From assembly GCA_020628915.1 (NCBI GenBank), contig JAHDEI010000003.1, positions 1,859-65,858 on the forward strand: a DNA stretch of 64,000 nucleotides, given 5' to 3'. Position numbers and translations under genes: made by a program. This DNA is from Minisyncoccota bacterium. GTDB taxonomy: Bacteria > Patescibacteriota > Minisyncoccia > Phycocordibacterales > GCA-2747955. Under the pieces are notes generated by a model. It saw only the letters and a list, made by a program, of their open reading frames with translations. It did not search any database and was not told the origin of the DNA. Positions 9,651 to 19,848 of this stretch are shown one piece after another; position 1 is the first letter of the stretch; each line of letters begins with the position of its first letter.

Positions 9651-9793
9651 TTCACAGGATACTCACAGATTTAGCAAAACAGCGGGGATAACCATCGGTT
9701 ATCCCCGCTGTTTTTCAATGTAGTATTTGGTTTTTCTGGACAATATGTGGATTCCACAAATTATGCACAGTTTATTAGATATTTTTACCCACA
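9648..9793. promoter_or_regulatory. Cluster of DnaA-box-like 9-mers
   Basis: TTATGCACA 9761, TTACCCACA 9785, TAATTCACA 9648, an inverted TTATCCCCG pair (9683, 9699) and other 2-mismatch boxes. Confidence 0.45.
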
Positions 9794-9815
9794 ATATTCG
9801 TGCTAACCTAAGGTT

Positions 9816-10058
9816 ATGAATATAAAAAAGGTAGTTTATCTTGCCGCAACAATTGTTTTCTTGGGGGTTCTCACTTTGTTGTTTGCAGGCCTTGCAGAAA
9901 TGTTTGTTTCAAAAGAGCTAGCAGAGTGTCTCAAGTTTGTGACCCCAGTTGTGATTGGGGGAATTGGTCTAGGTTCGCTTTGGTGGAACTGGTTGTATGA
10001 CAAAGACGGCAACCTTACATGTGACGGACTTTTTAAGAAAATGAGGAAAGAAAAATAA
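9816..10058 (+). CDS. Small two-TM membrane protein
   Basis: Two hydrophobic segments; -10-like TAACCT just upstream. Confidence 0.6.
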   Translation: MNIKKVVYLAATIVFLGVLTLLFAGLAEMFVSKELAECLKFVTPVVIGGIGLGSLWWNWLYDKDGNLTCDGLFKKMRKEK

Positions 10059-10077
10059 AAACTCCTTGTGGAGTTTT

Positions 10078-10722
10078 TTATTTTAAAACAAGATCTCGGA
10101 ACTCTTCATGATTAGTTACGACATAATCAGGTTTGTGACTCAGCACTTCTTCAAAATCATGAGTCAATTCGTTTTGAGGAGGGGTAAATGCACATGTTGC
10201 GATACCGGCTGCCTTCCCACCCAGAATGTCCGCGCGAGAATCACCAATAATGATAGCGCTTTCTTTTTCGAATCCAGCCAAGTCAATGACTTTTAAGATT
10301 GGTTCTGGATGAGGCTTGTGGTGTGTGATGTCATCTCCGGTAACTATTGTATGAAAGTATTTTTTTAAACCTGTCGAATGCAAACCATTTTCTAGCGCGT
10401 GCCTCGAACTTGATGTTACCAGAGCAATCGAGACACCTTCATTCAAGAGGGATTCGATCATGTCAGCTGACCCTGGGTAAGGTTTGGTCTCTTTGCTGTG
10501 TTCTTCAACATACGAAAAGAGGTTCTTCACAATATCTTCGAAATCTATTTCCGGGTACTTTAATTTTGCCTTATGGTGCTCGTAGAAAAAATCTGCGACG
10601 ATCGTTTCGTCGTCTAGGTCGTATCCAATTTTTGAAAGCTCTTGACGCCAGCCACGCAACCAAATATCAATAGTCATGCTTAGTGTTCCATCCCAATCAA
10701 ATAGCACATGTTTGTATTTCAT
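10078..10722 (-). CDS. HAD-family phosphatase (PpaX/Gph-like)
   Basis: FDWDGTL, LVTSS, KPHPEP, IGDSRAD. Confidence 0.9.
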   Translation of the reverse strand: MKYKHVLFDWDGTLSMTIDIWLRGWRQELSKIGYDLDDETIVADFFYEHHKAKLKYPEIDFEDIVKNLFSYVEEHSKETKPYPGSADMIESLLNEGVSIALVTSSSRHALENGLHSTGLKKYFHTIVTGDDITHHKPHPEPILKVIDLAGFEKESAIIIGDSRADILGGKAAGIATCAFTPPQNELTHDFEEVLSHKPDYVVTNHEEFRDLVLK

Positions 10723-10778
10723 AGACGTGAATTATATCAACAAACACAAAAGCCTCTAGGAGGCTTTTGTGTTATGTG

Positions 10779-10849
10779 TGCGGGTGGGGAGAATCGAACT
10801 CCCGTCCTCTGCTTGGAAGGCAGATATTCTACCACTAAACTACACCCGC
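10779..10849 (-). tRNA. tRNA-Gly(TCC), CCA not encoded, discriminator A
   Basis: GCGGGTG/CACCCGC acceptor stem, TCTGC-CTTCCAA-GCAGA anticodon arm, GTTCGA T loop. Confidence 0.95.
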
Positions 10850-10974
10850 AAGTAGAATAGCTGAGAGTATAGCAAAAATATATAAAAAGCAAAACATACA
10901 ACTAAATACTTTACTTTTTGTTATTTATATGTATAATATTTTCTAGATTGTTTACATTTACAGAGGAAAGAAGA

Positions 10975-12099
10975 ATGAAGAATCTTACTATAGCTTCAAA
11001 ATCAGAAAGCAAGAGTATCATCAATAACGATGGAATTCTTGTTGGCGAGATTATTCTCGATTATCGAGCACAAACCAAAACAGTGCTTGTGTGCGGCCCT
11101 GCTTCGACCGAAGAGCGATTAGCAATCTTGCGATTAGCGACCTCACATGCTTGTCAGTATTTAGTGGATCGTCAAACCTTTGCGTTTGGGGGTCTTATTA
11201 CTGTTAATCATGCAGATCGGTCTTTAACCCGTGCAGATTCAGAGCGTCTGATGGACTTCGCAAGAATTCCACCTCAGATTGCTTCTGCAAGCGAGGAAGT
11301 GCTCATCCAGCAGCTTTCTGAATTTTCGATTAAGGTATTGGATTTAGTGCATGAGTCATTTGTTGACGCAATGAATGAGATTTTTATATCTCAGCCTGGT
11401 TGTCAATGGGAGCTTCTTAATAAAGGAACCTGGCGAAATGATTTAGTGCATGTGAAATTAACTGCTCCTAAATCTCAAAAGTTTACATTTTGGACCGCTG
11501 CTGATAAGCCACGACCCGAAGGAGCGTTTGACCTGCATCTTGTTCCAGATTATCATCCAGTGATGAAGGACAAAGAAAGTTCGCATATGATTAATGGAGC
11601 CACTAATGCTCTCATTAGGTCAGATGTGATCGACTCAGTCTATGCCCCTGATGATTCAAGAACATCAGATGAATCTTTTGGCACGACCTGGAATCATGTT
11701 GAACATCCTTTTTATGCAACTGGAAAAACTTTTGAACTAACGGTTGATACGAGCCATGCTCGGACACAGTCAGGGATAGAAGAGCTTCAAATATTTCTGG
11801 CTTCAGTGTTAGGCGGAGATTCCTATGTTTGTGTTTCTGGCGGTTTCCGTGCTCCTATGAAGTGTGCACATAATCGTTTGTTAGAGATAGGTCGCCTTAA
11901 TGATTCACCTTGGCCGCAGGCCTCTCGTGATCATCGCAAAGGGCATGTTGCACGCGGCTCTGAAGAAAAGTGTGTCTGGGAATACCGCACCTTACAAGAA
12001 GAAGGAGCCCTTGATAAAGCCTATGTTCCAGATTGGTTTTTAAAAGAGGACTGGCTTGGAATATACGAAACCGCAGAAGTTCAACCTGGACTTTTTTAG
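10975..12099 (+). CDS. Hypothetical protein
   Basis: Long ORF with SD GAGGA and a downstream terminator; no family recognised. Confidence 0.65.
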   Translation: MKNLTIASKSESKSIINNDGILVGEIILDYRAQTKTVLVCGPASTEERLAILRLATSHACQYLVDRQTFAFGGLITVNHADRSLTRADSERLMDFARIPPQIASASEEVLIQQLSEFSIKVLDLVHESFVDAMNEIFISQPGCQWELLNKGTWRNDLVHVKLTAPKSQKFTFWTAADKPRPEGAFDLHLVPDYHPVMKDKESSHMINGATNALIRSDVIDSVYAPDDSRTSDESFGTTWNHVEHPFYATGKTFELTVDTSHARTQSGIEELQIFLASVLGGDSYVCVSGGFRAPMKCAHNRLLEIGRLNDSPWPQASRDHRKGHVARGSEEKCVWEYRTLQEEGALDKAYVPDWFLKEDWLGIYETAEVQPGLF

Positions 12100-12155
12100 C
12101 GTATTTAGCTCGACATGCAACTTGTGTGTCGAGCTTTTTTGTTACAATCACAATC

Positions 12156-12959
12156 ATGAAAAAGAAAGCAGCATTGGTTTTGTCTGGCGGAGTCTCACTC
12201 GGGCTAGCACATTTAGGGGTAGTAAAAGTTTTGCAAGATGCAGAATATGAATTTGATGCCATTTACGGTGTGTCCGCTGGGTCAATCGTTGGGGCGGGTA
12301 TCGCCGCTGGAATGAATACAGATGAGATCTATGATGCGTATATTAATGCAGACTTTGTCGGATTTGGAAAAGACGTCTCAAAGATGAACACCGGACTGTT
12401 GCGAGGCGAGAGAATCAGAAACTATTTTAATGAAGTCTTTGAAAATAAAACTATTGACCAGTTACAGGTACGCTTTGTTGCAGGGGCAACGGATTTTGAC
12501 CGAGGAGAATTTATCACAATTGAAAAAGGGTTGGTGGGGGATGCACTGCGATGTTCCAGTGGACTACCCATGATCTTTGAGCCTTTTTTTCATCCTGAAT
12601 ACAACAAATATCTTGCAGACGGCGGGCTTACACAAAATCTACCTCTCAAGCAGGCTGTAGTAGAATACAAAGGAGACACCATTATCGCCGTGAATGTACA
12701 TTCACTGGACCCTCTGCCAAAAGATTTTCATAAAAAGAAATTATGGGGACTCAAAAAAGACGTAGTGAAATATCTTCTTCATTCTTTTAACATCATGATG
12801 AATAGCCAGTGGATTGATATCACTGATCCACGCGTCCAATTAATTGAGCCAGATTTGTCTCAATTTAATTTTTTGGCAATCAGAGAAAAAACCATGAAAG
12901 AAATTATTGAAAAAGGAGAAAAGTCTGCACTTGAACACTTAGCTAAATTAGAAAATTAA
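12156..12959 (+). CDS. Patatin-like phospholipase
   Basis: LSGGVSLG, GVSAG nucleophile elbow, DGG. Confidence 0.9.
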   Translation: MKKKAALVLSGGVSLGLAHLGVVKVLQDAEYEFDAIYGVSAGSIVGAGIAAGMNTDEIYDAYINADFVGFGKDVSKMNTGLLRGERIRNYFNEVFENKTIDQLQVRFVAGATDFDRGEFITIEKGLVGDALRCSSGLPMIFEPFFHPEYNKYLADGGLTQNLPLKQAVVEYKGDTIIAVNVHSLDPLPKDFHKKKLWGLKKDVVKYLLHSFNIMMNSQWIDITDPRVQLIEPDLSQFNFLAIREKTMKEIIEKGEKSALEHLAKLEN

Positions 12960-13019
12960 TTTGACTGTATATCAAATATATAGTATTTTAAAAGCACATC
13001 AATTTTAGGGAGAAACGAT

Positions 13020-13463
13020 ATGAAAAAATTGATCCTTGCTCTTTTTGCAGCCACAGCATTAGCGGGATGTGATACTTACATGCTGCAAGGAGATTATGAA
13101 TGTGATAATTCCGTCGTGACCGGTCAGGTTGTAAATACAATCAACCAAAACTTAAAGAAAATTAACCAAGAGAAAAAGGCATTTTATCTTGAGCGTTCAC
13201 CAGGTCAGGTTGTCTACATCGAAACAGAAGACAGCGAACTGACTGAGTTGAATGATTCATACTACTTTACTACAGTAAAAGTTTGTGAAGCAATTGGCGA
13301 TTGTGCACCTAACCAAAACCTGGACGCATGCGTCTTCATTGAATCAGAGCTGCAGGGTTACACGCCGCGCTTCTGGACAGATTACGACGATGGGGTTGTG
13401 TCTGCGATGAGACAATTTATGACGAAAGATATTCGGTATCTTGTGCCAAAGCACAATTATTGA
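13020..13463 (+). CDS. Lipoprotein of unknown function
   Basis: Lipobox LAGC; SD GGGAG; TTGACT-17-TATTTT promoter at 12961. Confidence 0.75.
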   Translation: MKKLILALFAATALAGCDTYMLQGDYECDNSVVTGQVVNTINQNLKKINQEKKAFYLERSPGQVVYIETEDSELTELNDSYYFTTVKVCEAIGDCAPNQNLDACVFIESELQGYTPRFWTDYDDGVVSAMRQFMTKDIRYLVPKHNY

Positions 13464-13570
13464 AAAACAATAAAGCATTCGAATTAGAGTGCTTTTTATT
13501 TATAAAATGAATTTGACTTATTAACAAATAAATTGTAAATTTATCTTTAGAAATTTTAGAGGAGAAAAAC

Positions 13571-15460
13571 ATGATTATTCCTATTACACAGGAAGATCTT
13601 AGTGTGCATCTTGAAAAAGCACAAAAGCTTATCAGCGACACCCGGTTTAACGGAGTGACTCTGGAAGATGTACTTGGTTCTTTGACAGACAATCAACCTT
13701 TTAATTCAGTTCCTGATCAAAGACTAATCCAGTCGGTATTACGAGGAGCACAAATTGCCCTTGAGGTGGCGCGACGCTATCATGCCGAGTCAGGTCTAGA
13801 TGAATTACATACAAGACCGAAACGAACGAGCACAATAAGGCAAGAATATTCACAAAAACTCAAGACTTCATCATCGATTTCTGGATTTGTATTTTCAAGT
13901 TACATTTTGGCGACTCTAGCAGAGCATGTTGACCATACTACTGCTGGTGAGATCAAATTAGACATCAGTGATTTGCCTTCGGGGGGCCCTTTTGAGACTC
14001 TTGTTGGTCTCATGACAGTCCTTGGTCAGGCGGTAAAATCGCTCTCACACGACGATCGTAAACCAACAGAAATTGCATATGCCTATTTCCGTCAGGTGGC
14101 AGAGTTGATCAAAGACTCTCACGAGGATCTGAAATATACTCGACCATTTGTTGATCATACATTTCAGTATGAAGAATCAGATTTTACGATCAATGGTTTT
14201 ACTGTCGATACCGTGATGTTGCGACCAAAGGTTTCTTTCAGACGTTTCGACATGGACAAGATCGTCAGTAATCGTCGTGCAAAAAACCAAACGGTGCGAA
14301 CGATTGATCACATGCTTTGCTACGATTTTCAGACCGGGAAAAATCCAGTCTTGGAATTGGGCGGCTTTGCTAGTCTCAGTATCATGGAATCAGAGCCGGG
14401 TTCTGGCAAGACATTGCTAGAGCGAGCAGGCAACACCATGTTTGTAGACAAAGCATCAGCTGTAGGTGTTCCACATCAAGTGGTTGCATTTACTGCGGAA
14501 GAAATTCTGAGCTCATATCAAGCAAAGTCTGGCGAACAAATGCGGGCGAGATTTGATCTTATTAATAATGCGCAACTTTTGACCCGGGCAACGATGGACG
14601 ATGCTGATCAGTTAGTTCTGGATCGTGGTTCCAGCGAAAGTAGTGAGGCAACACAAGGGGCAGTCAGCGTAGCGCTGACTCAACTAGACGGTGTCTTTTC
14701 TCAAAGAAATGGGAACTGGACACTCACCCTTTTGACGAACTTATTGCACCGTATTGATCCAGCAATAGTGTCTCGTGCAGACAATATTGTTTCAATGCCG
14801 GGCCCTGAGACCAAAGAAGACATGATGGATTTGGCAAAAATCTTGATTGGTGACGATTTTGTTGATTCAGGCATTGCTGATCCTGAGGGGTACGAATACT
14901 TTGCTACGCAAAAAATTCAAAGCCTTTCGGGCGGCAAGGATACGTACGCCAAACCAAAACATCCAGTGATTCTCGAGGCCTTTGAGGAAGCTTTGAGGTT
15001 ATCCGGATTTGGTCCAGACGAACTCATTACATTTATTGGCAACTGGTTTGTTGCAATTAAAGAGAGGCATTCGTCATTTCAAGGCCGAAATATCCAAAAG
15101 ATATTTGGTTCTGCCAAACGTCGTACAATGGATTTTGATTTCCCATCCGATCTATTTTCTGACCGAAAGCATTTTATTGATTACGGTTATGACAAGCGTC
15201 TGGCAATGATCAAAGAGTGGCGGAAAGAAAACATGAAAGGACAAAGCTATACGGAAATTATCATTGAAGAAGCTTGTCATCATCTCGACACCATGATGAA
15301 CATTAGTGAAAATCAATTCAGTAAGGACGTCGAAGAGGCTACGTATCGTATGCGCGTTAATGAACAGGCTCAGAGAAATAGTTTTTCGGATGATGAATTG
15401 AAAGAAACGTACGAATTTCTTAAAGAAAAGTTCGAGAAAGATGAGCACGCTCCAGCGTGA
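13571..15460 (+). CDS. AAA+ family ATPase
   Basis: Walker A SEPGSGKT, Walker B-like TMDDAD, sensor and Arg finger LTN...IDPAIVSR. Confidence 0.8.
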   Translation: MIIPITQEDLSVHLEKAQKLISDTRFNGVTLEDVLGSLTDNQPFNSVPDQRLIQSVLRGAQIALEVARRYHAESGLDELHTRPKRTSTIRQEYSQKLKTSSSISGFVFSSYILATLAEHVDHTTAGEIKLDISDLPSGGPFETLVGLMTVLGQAVKSLSHDDRKPTEIAYAYFRQVAELIKDSHEDLKYTRPFVDHTFQYEESDFTINGFTVDTVMLRPKVSFRRFDMDKIVSNRRAKNQTVRTIDHMLCYDFQTGKNPVLELGGFASLSIMESEPGSGKTLLERAGNTMFVDKASAVGVPHQVVAFTAEEILSSYQAKSGEQMRARFDLINNAQLLTRATMDDADQLVLDRGSSESSEATQGAVSVALTQLDGVFSQRNGNWTLTLLTNLLHRIDPAIVSRADNIVSMPGPETKEDMMDLAKILIGDDFVDSGIADPEGYEYFATQKIQSLSGGKDTYAKPKHPVILEAFEEALRLSGFGPDELITFIGNWFVAIKERHSSFQGRNIQKIFGSAKRRTMDFDFPSDLFSDRKHFIDYGYDKRLAMIKEWRKENMKGQSYTEIIIEEACHHLDTMMNISENQFSKDVEEATYRMRVNEQAQRNSFSDDELKETYEFLKEKFEKDEHAPA

Positions 15461-15474
15461 AGATTGTTTGATTT

Positions 15475-15500
15475 AAACCCCCATTACATGGGGGTTTTTT
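15475..15500 (+). terminator. Intrinsic terminator
   Basis: AAACCCCCAT-TAC-ATGGGGGTTT plus T tract. Confidence 0.8.
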
Positions 15501-15524
15501 CTTTAAAATAATTATAAATTAATA

Positions 15525-15597
15525 TTGACTCATTAACAAATAAATGCTATTATTAATTCAATTCGCACGTTTTGTGTGAAGGAACGTTCTTTGACAA
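15525..15597 (+). promoter_or_regulatory. Sigma-70 promoter, small hairpin and boxA-like element
   Basis: TTGACT-17-TATTAT with extended TG; hairpin TTCGCAC/GTGTGAA at 15562-15580; GTTCTTTGACAA at 15586-15597. Confidence 0.6.
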
Positions 15598-15624
15598 CAA
15601 AATAGGAGAAGAAAGGAACAAAAA

Positions 15625-17397
15625 ATGAAAAACTCAATTTTCAAAACAGTGGGAGTTGCACTTGCAACACTCACGTGCTTTTTAGCTGTGTCTCCGGCTG
15701 CACACGCAGGTGTGCAAACAGAGACACCAAAACCCTTGTCTGAGCAATCGATGCCGACAACGGGAAACTACAATACCGATAACGTACAGCGCATGCCGGT
15801 TATTGCATGGGGTGCTGATTTGGCAACCATTCATGCTAACGGTGGTGCAACCACAGCGAGTGGATCGTATATGGATCGTGCAGGGCTTGATATAAAGCTC
15901 TATCGCCAAGACGACTTTGCTCAACAGGTTCGGGATTTTAAATCCGGCAAAACAAATTACCTGCGAGGAACCGCCGGTATGATTTTTGCAGCCTCAGATG
16001 TGTTATGTGATGACAACCGGACATGTCCGGAAGTCATTTATAATATGTCACGTTCAGCCGGCGGTGACGCTTTGGTTGTGCGAGGTGGAATAAATAACAT
16101 CTCAGATTTGCGTGGAAAGACTATTGGTCTCCAGCTATACGGTCCCCACCAGAGGCTTCTGACAGAAGTCCTGGCGTTGGGTAATCTCAAGCCAAGTGAT
16201 GTAAATGTTAAATGGTATCGGGATCTTGACGTAAATGGTCAACGCTCAGCAAGTCATGCTTTCGAAGCAGGCGAAGTTGACGCGGCATTCGTGATTATTC
16301 CGGATGCGTTACTGTTCACTGAGGGTGATGCAGCAATTCGTGGAGCAAAAACGGTCTTTTCGACCAAGTCTCTCGACTATATCATTTATGATTTGATTGC
16401 TGTTCGGCCTGATTATGCAAAAGCGCAACCTGAAAAGATCGCCGCGGTTACTTCAGCTCTGCTGAAAGCCAACGAAGATCTTCGAAGTGTCATCTCGAAC
16501 AAAAATAGTTCGGGTTATGACAAGATTGTGCGCGATGGAGCAGACCTGCTTTTAGGAGCCGGTAATGATCCAGAGATGCAGGCAATTGTAGCCGACATGT
16601 ATATGTTTGATGCCAAAATGCAGGGATGGACAGGGAATGTTCGATTCCTTACAGGTGAGTCAGATGGTAAACGCGAGTCAATTTCTCTGCAGTCAATTGC
16701 AGGACCAACTGGCCAAACATTTGCTCAACTGAATTTGGTTGAAAACGCATCTGCGCCTAAGCAGGTAACTGTATACAATCATAACTGGAAAGCATTGCAG
16801 TCGGGTCTTTCTGAGAAGTTTGGTGTTACCGCACCAACACTCAATAAGACTGTGGTTACTCGTGTTATTCAAAATCGTTCTAAGAGCGGCACATTGGATA
16901 ATGACAAAATCGTAGAATTTCCTATCTTTTTTGGAGCTAACCAAACAGAATTTTCGGCAAACCAGTATGCATCTGATTTTGACCGCGTGATGGAACTTGC
17001 CTCTCGAGGCAGTGGTATTGCGATTGTCATGGAGGGTCATTCTGATCCAGTCGAATACTTGCGTAAAAAACACAAAGACGGCGTTGCGCCATCTCAGTAT
17101 AAGCAAATTCAGCAAGCTGCTAAGAATCTTTCTCGGGAGCGTGCAGAATCTGTGAAGCAAGCAATTCTGGACTATGCAAAATCACAGGGTGTTCGGATTT
17201 CATTCGAAGACGCAGTGATTATTGGTCACGGCGTGGCAAAGCCTGTTAATGGCACATGCCAGTGGGACTATAATGGTCGTTCGGTTTCTGATCCGTGTAA
17301 GCCTGAAAACCAAACTATGTTTGAGCAAAATCGTCGAGTCGAGTTTTCACTCGTTGTAGTGGAAGCCGAATCTGACGTATTTATCGATGACTTTTAG
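15625..17397 (+). CDS. Periplasmic-binding-protein (NMT1/TauA-like) fused to a C-terminal OmpA-like domain
   Basis: Signal peptide AHA; SAGGDALVVR..I....DLRGKTIG; MEGHSD...LSRERAESVK...QNRRVEF. Confidence 0.8.
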   Translation: MKNSIFKTVGVALATLTCFLAVSPAAHAGVQTETPKPLSEQSMPTTGNYNTDNVQRMPVIAWGADLATIHANGGATTASGSYMDRAGLDIKLYRQDDFAQQVRDFKSGKTNYLRGTAGMIFAASDVLCDDNRTCPEVIYNMSRSAGGDALVVRGGINNISDLRGKTIGLQLYGPHQRLLTEVLALGNLKPSDVNVKWYRDLDVNGQRSASHAFEAGEVDAAFVIIPDALLFTEGDAAIRGAKTVFSTKSLDYIIYDLIAVRPDYAKAQPEKIAAVTSALLKANEDLRSVISNKNSSGYDKIVRDGADLLLGAGNDPEMQAIVADMYMFDAKMQGWTGNVRFLTGESDGKRESISLQSIAGPTGQTFAQLNLVENASAPKQVTVYNHNWKALQSGLSEKFGVTAPTLNKTVVTRVIQNRSKSGTLDNDKIVEFPIFFGANQTEFSANQYASDFDRVMELASRGSGIAIVMEGHSDPVEYLRKKHKDGVAPSQYKQIQQAAKNLSRERAESVKQAILDYAKSQGVRISFEDAVIIGHGVAKPVNGTCQWDYNGRSVSDPCKPENQTMFEQNRRVEFSLVVVEAESDVFIDDF

Positions 17398-17422
17398 GTT
17401 AATGGAATTACGGAGAAAAAAC

Positions 17423-18193
17423 ATGAAACGTTATACATCATTTGCAATTATTGCATCACTTGCTCTTGGAGCCTGTGAAGCAAAGCAAGTTGAAGGAACG
17501 CCACCCAGTCCGTCATACTCGGAAGCCCCAGTTATTGATACTGGTATTCCGATTTGGCCTTCGGTTATCGAAGATGCACAGCTTACATCAGGACCGGACT
17601 TTAGTTTATCTAAAGATCCATTCACGACAAATATCGTTGTTGCCGTTGATACAAGCGGCTCAATGGGTGGTGAGTGTTCTGGTTCCCGGAAGATTGATTC
17701 TGCAAAAACTGCTATTCGCACGTTTTTGCGATCACTTCCTGCTGATGCAGCAATCGGAGTCGTCGAGTTTGGTAACTCAACCGGTGTGGTTGAACCTTTA
17801 GCTTTTGACAACATCGAGCTCGTCTCGAGTTCTGTTAATGCCTTGAGTTCTGGTGGGGGAACCCCCATGACGAATGGCATTCAGATTTCATACAACGAAT
17901 TAGTTCGTCGTGGGGTCAAACAGCAAGGGTACGGGTATTATCATTTGATAGTGCTCGGTGATGGTGCTCCAGATAACACTCGGTCTACCGTTAAGGAATT
18001 AGATCGTATTGCAATGGAAACACCTATCAATGTCCACACGATTGGTTTTTGTGCTGATTTGGGTGTCCTCGACCGTGAGGGCGTCCAATACCGCGAAGCC
18101 AGCAATGCAAAAGACTTGGTTTCCGCATTTTCTGCGGTCCTTGCTGAATCAACGGTAACATTTACCGGCAGCGGAGGATTCCAAGACTTTTAA
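17423..18193 (+). CDS. vWA-domain lipoprotein
   Basis: Lipobox LGAC; MIDAS DTSGSM, GGGTP, LGDG. Confidence 0.88.
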   Translation: MKRYTSFAIIASLALGACEAKQVEGTPPSPSYSEAPVIDTGIPIWPSVIEDAQLTSGPDFSLSKDPFTTNIVVAVDTSGSMGGECSGSRKIDSAKTAIRTFLRSLPADAAIGVVEFGNSTGVVEPLAFDNIELVSSSVNALSSGGGTPMTNGIQISYNELVRRGVKQQGYGYYHLIVLGDGAPDNTRSTVKELDRIAMETPINVHTIGFCADLGVLDREGVQYREASNAKDLVSAFSAVLAESTVTFTGSGGFQDF

Positions 18194-18251
18194 TTCAGTG
18201 AATTGGATTCGGGCTGTGCCCGAATCCGCCACAGACATTAGGAGAAACAAA

Positions 18252-19832
18252 ATGAAACCTATCCATATTTTTGGTGTGGTTATATTTGCCCTCATTATTG
18301 TCTCTGGTGTGATATTTGGTGCTCGTCTCTTTTTAGAAGATGAACATCGAGGAGCAACCAGCGACAGAGGGAAAACTAAAACCGAATTTGTTGTCGGGAT
18401 GGACTCGTGGCCTGGTTACATGCCACTTTGTTCAGACAGATTGCAACACCAATTATATAAATCTGAGAAGATCGACATACGATGCGTCTCAGATGGCGGT
18501 AATTATGCAGAGCGCATGGAAAAATTGGCCTCAGGTGAATTAGATTTTGCGGTTACAACTGTAGACGCACATCTTTTGACTGGGCCCCAAGAAAAATTTC
18601 CAGGCGCAATTGTCATGGTTATCGATCAATCAAAAGGTGGTGACGCCATTGTGGCGTGGCCAGACAAAGTTAACGGTATTAACGATCTTGGAACAACTGA
18701 TGGTTGGAAAGTGGCGTTTACGCCTGATTCCCCATCACATCAACTACTGCGAAGCGTTGGAAACGATTTCGGTATTTCAACACTCTTATCTGACGGAAAC
18801 TGGAAAGTAGAAGCAGATGGAGCAGGTGATGCATTACAAAAATTTCTCAAGCGAGAAGTGGATGTAGCAGTTGTTTGGGAGCCACATGTCACAGCAGCAG
18901 TTGCCGCTGGAGCAAAGGTGATTCATTCATCTGATGCAACAGACAAGGTAATTGTGGACGTACTATTGGTCAATCGTGACTTAGTACGCCCGAGCACGAA
19001 AGAATACGCCCAAGTCCAATCGGTCTTGCGCGAATATTTTTCTGCTTTGCGCGATATTCGTGATGACAGCAACATTATGTTGAAAGAAGCGCGATCATTC
19101 GTTAAGACATATGGCGGTCAAAGACTCTCTGATTCAGAACTCCAATCGATGCTCGATGGTGTTCAATGGATTAATCTTCGTGATAACGGAGAGTCTTGGT
19201 TTGGTATCGGGGGTGAATCCCCATACTACGGGCTTCGTGAAGCACATGAGTTTGCTCTGACTATTATTCGGTCTGAAAAAGGTGAAGATTTTCTTTCCCT
19301 CTTCAGAGCTGAACAAGTCATCCTGAGTGATCTTATATCTACCCTCTATAAAGATGGTGGATATCTTGGTGAGGCAGGCACAACCGAAACTGATCCATTA
19401 CGGAAAGCTTTTGGTGGCCTGACGGAAACTGAGTGGAATCGTCTACGGACGGTTGCATCTCTAAAGTCACGCCCTGTTATCTTTAGATCAGGAACAACTG
19501 ATTTAGATGAGGGCTCGCGTCGTGCACTTGCTGAGGCCATGGAAGATTTTAAGCGTTATCCAAAATCTCGCTTAGAACTTCGTATTGGATATCGTACTGG
19601 GGCAACCCAAGACGAGACACAAGTCGCACAAGATCGTTCTCAAGAGCGAGCACTAGCGGTACAAAACTACATCATTGATACATTTGGGGTCGACCCAGAT
19701 CGTATTCGTGTGTATGTACCTGCACCACAAGACCTGCGTTCTATGATTCGGCAACGAAGTGGCGAAAGTCGCCGGGCCTATATGGCTCGTCTGAGGCAGG
19801 TGGAACTGGTGTTAAAAGCAACACCACTGTAA
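18252..19832 (+). CDS. Membrane-anchored NMT1-like binding protein with a degenerate OmpA-like domain
   Basis: DSWPGY, IDQSKGGDAIV, VWEPHV; SQERALAVQNY...RQVEL. Confidence 0.75.
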   Translation: MKPIHIFGVVIFALIIVSGVIFGARLFLEDEHRGATSDRGKTKTEFVVGMDSWPGYMPLCSDRLQHQLYKSEKIDIRCVSDGGNYAERMEKLASGELDFAVTTVDAHLLTGPQEKFPGAIVMVIDQSKGGDAIVAWPDKVNGINDLGTTDGWKVAFTPDSPSHQLLRSVGNDFGISTLLSDGNWKVEADGAGDALQKFLKREVDVAVVWEPHVTAAVAAGAKVIHSSDATDKVIVDVLLVNRDLVRPSTKEYAQVQSVLREYFSALRDIRDDSNIMLKEARSFVKTYGGQRLSDSELQSMLDGVQWINLRDNGESWFGIGGESPYYGLREAHEFALTIIRSEKGEDFLSLFRAEQVILSDLISTLYKDGGYLGEAGTTETDPLRKAFGGLTETEWNRLRTVASLKSRPVIFRSGTTDLDEGSRRALAEAMEDFKRYPKSRLELRIGYRTGATQDETQVAQDRSQERALAVQNYIIDTFGVDPDRIRVYVPAPQDLRSMIRQRSGESRRAYMARLRQVELVLKATPL

Positions 19833-19848
19833 AGAAAGGAGAGTGTGT

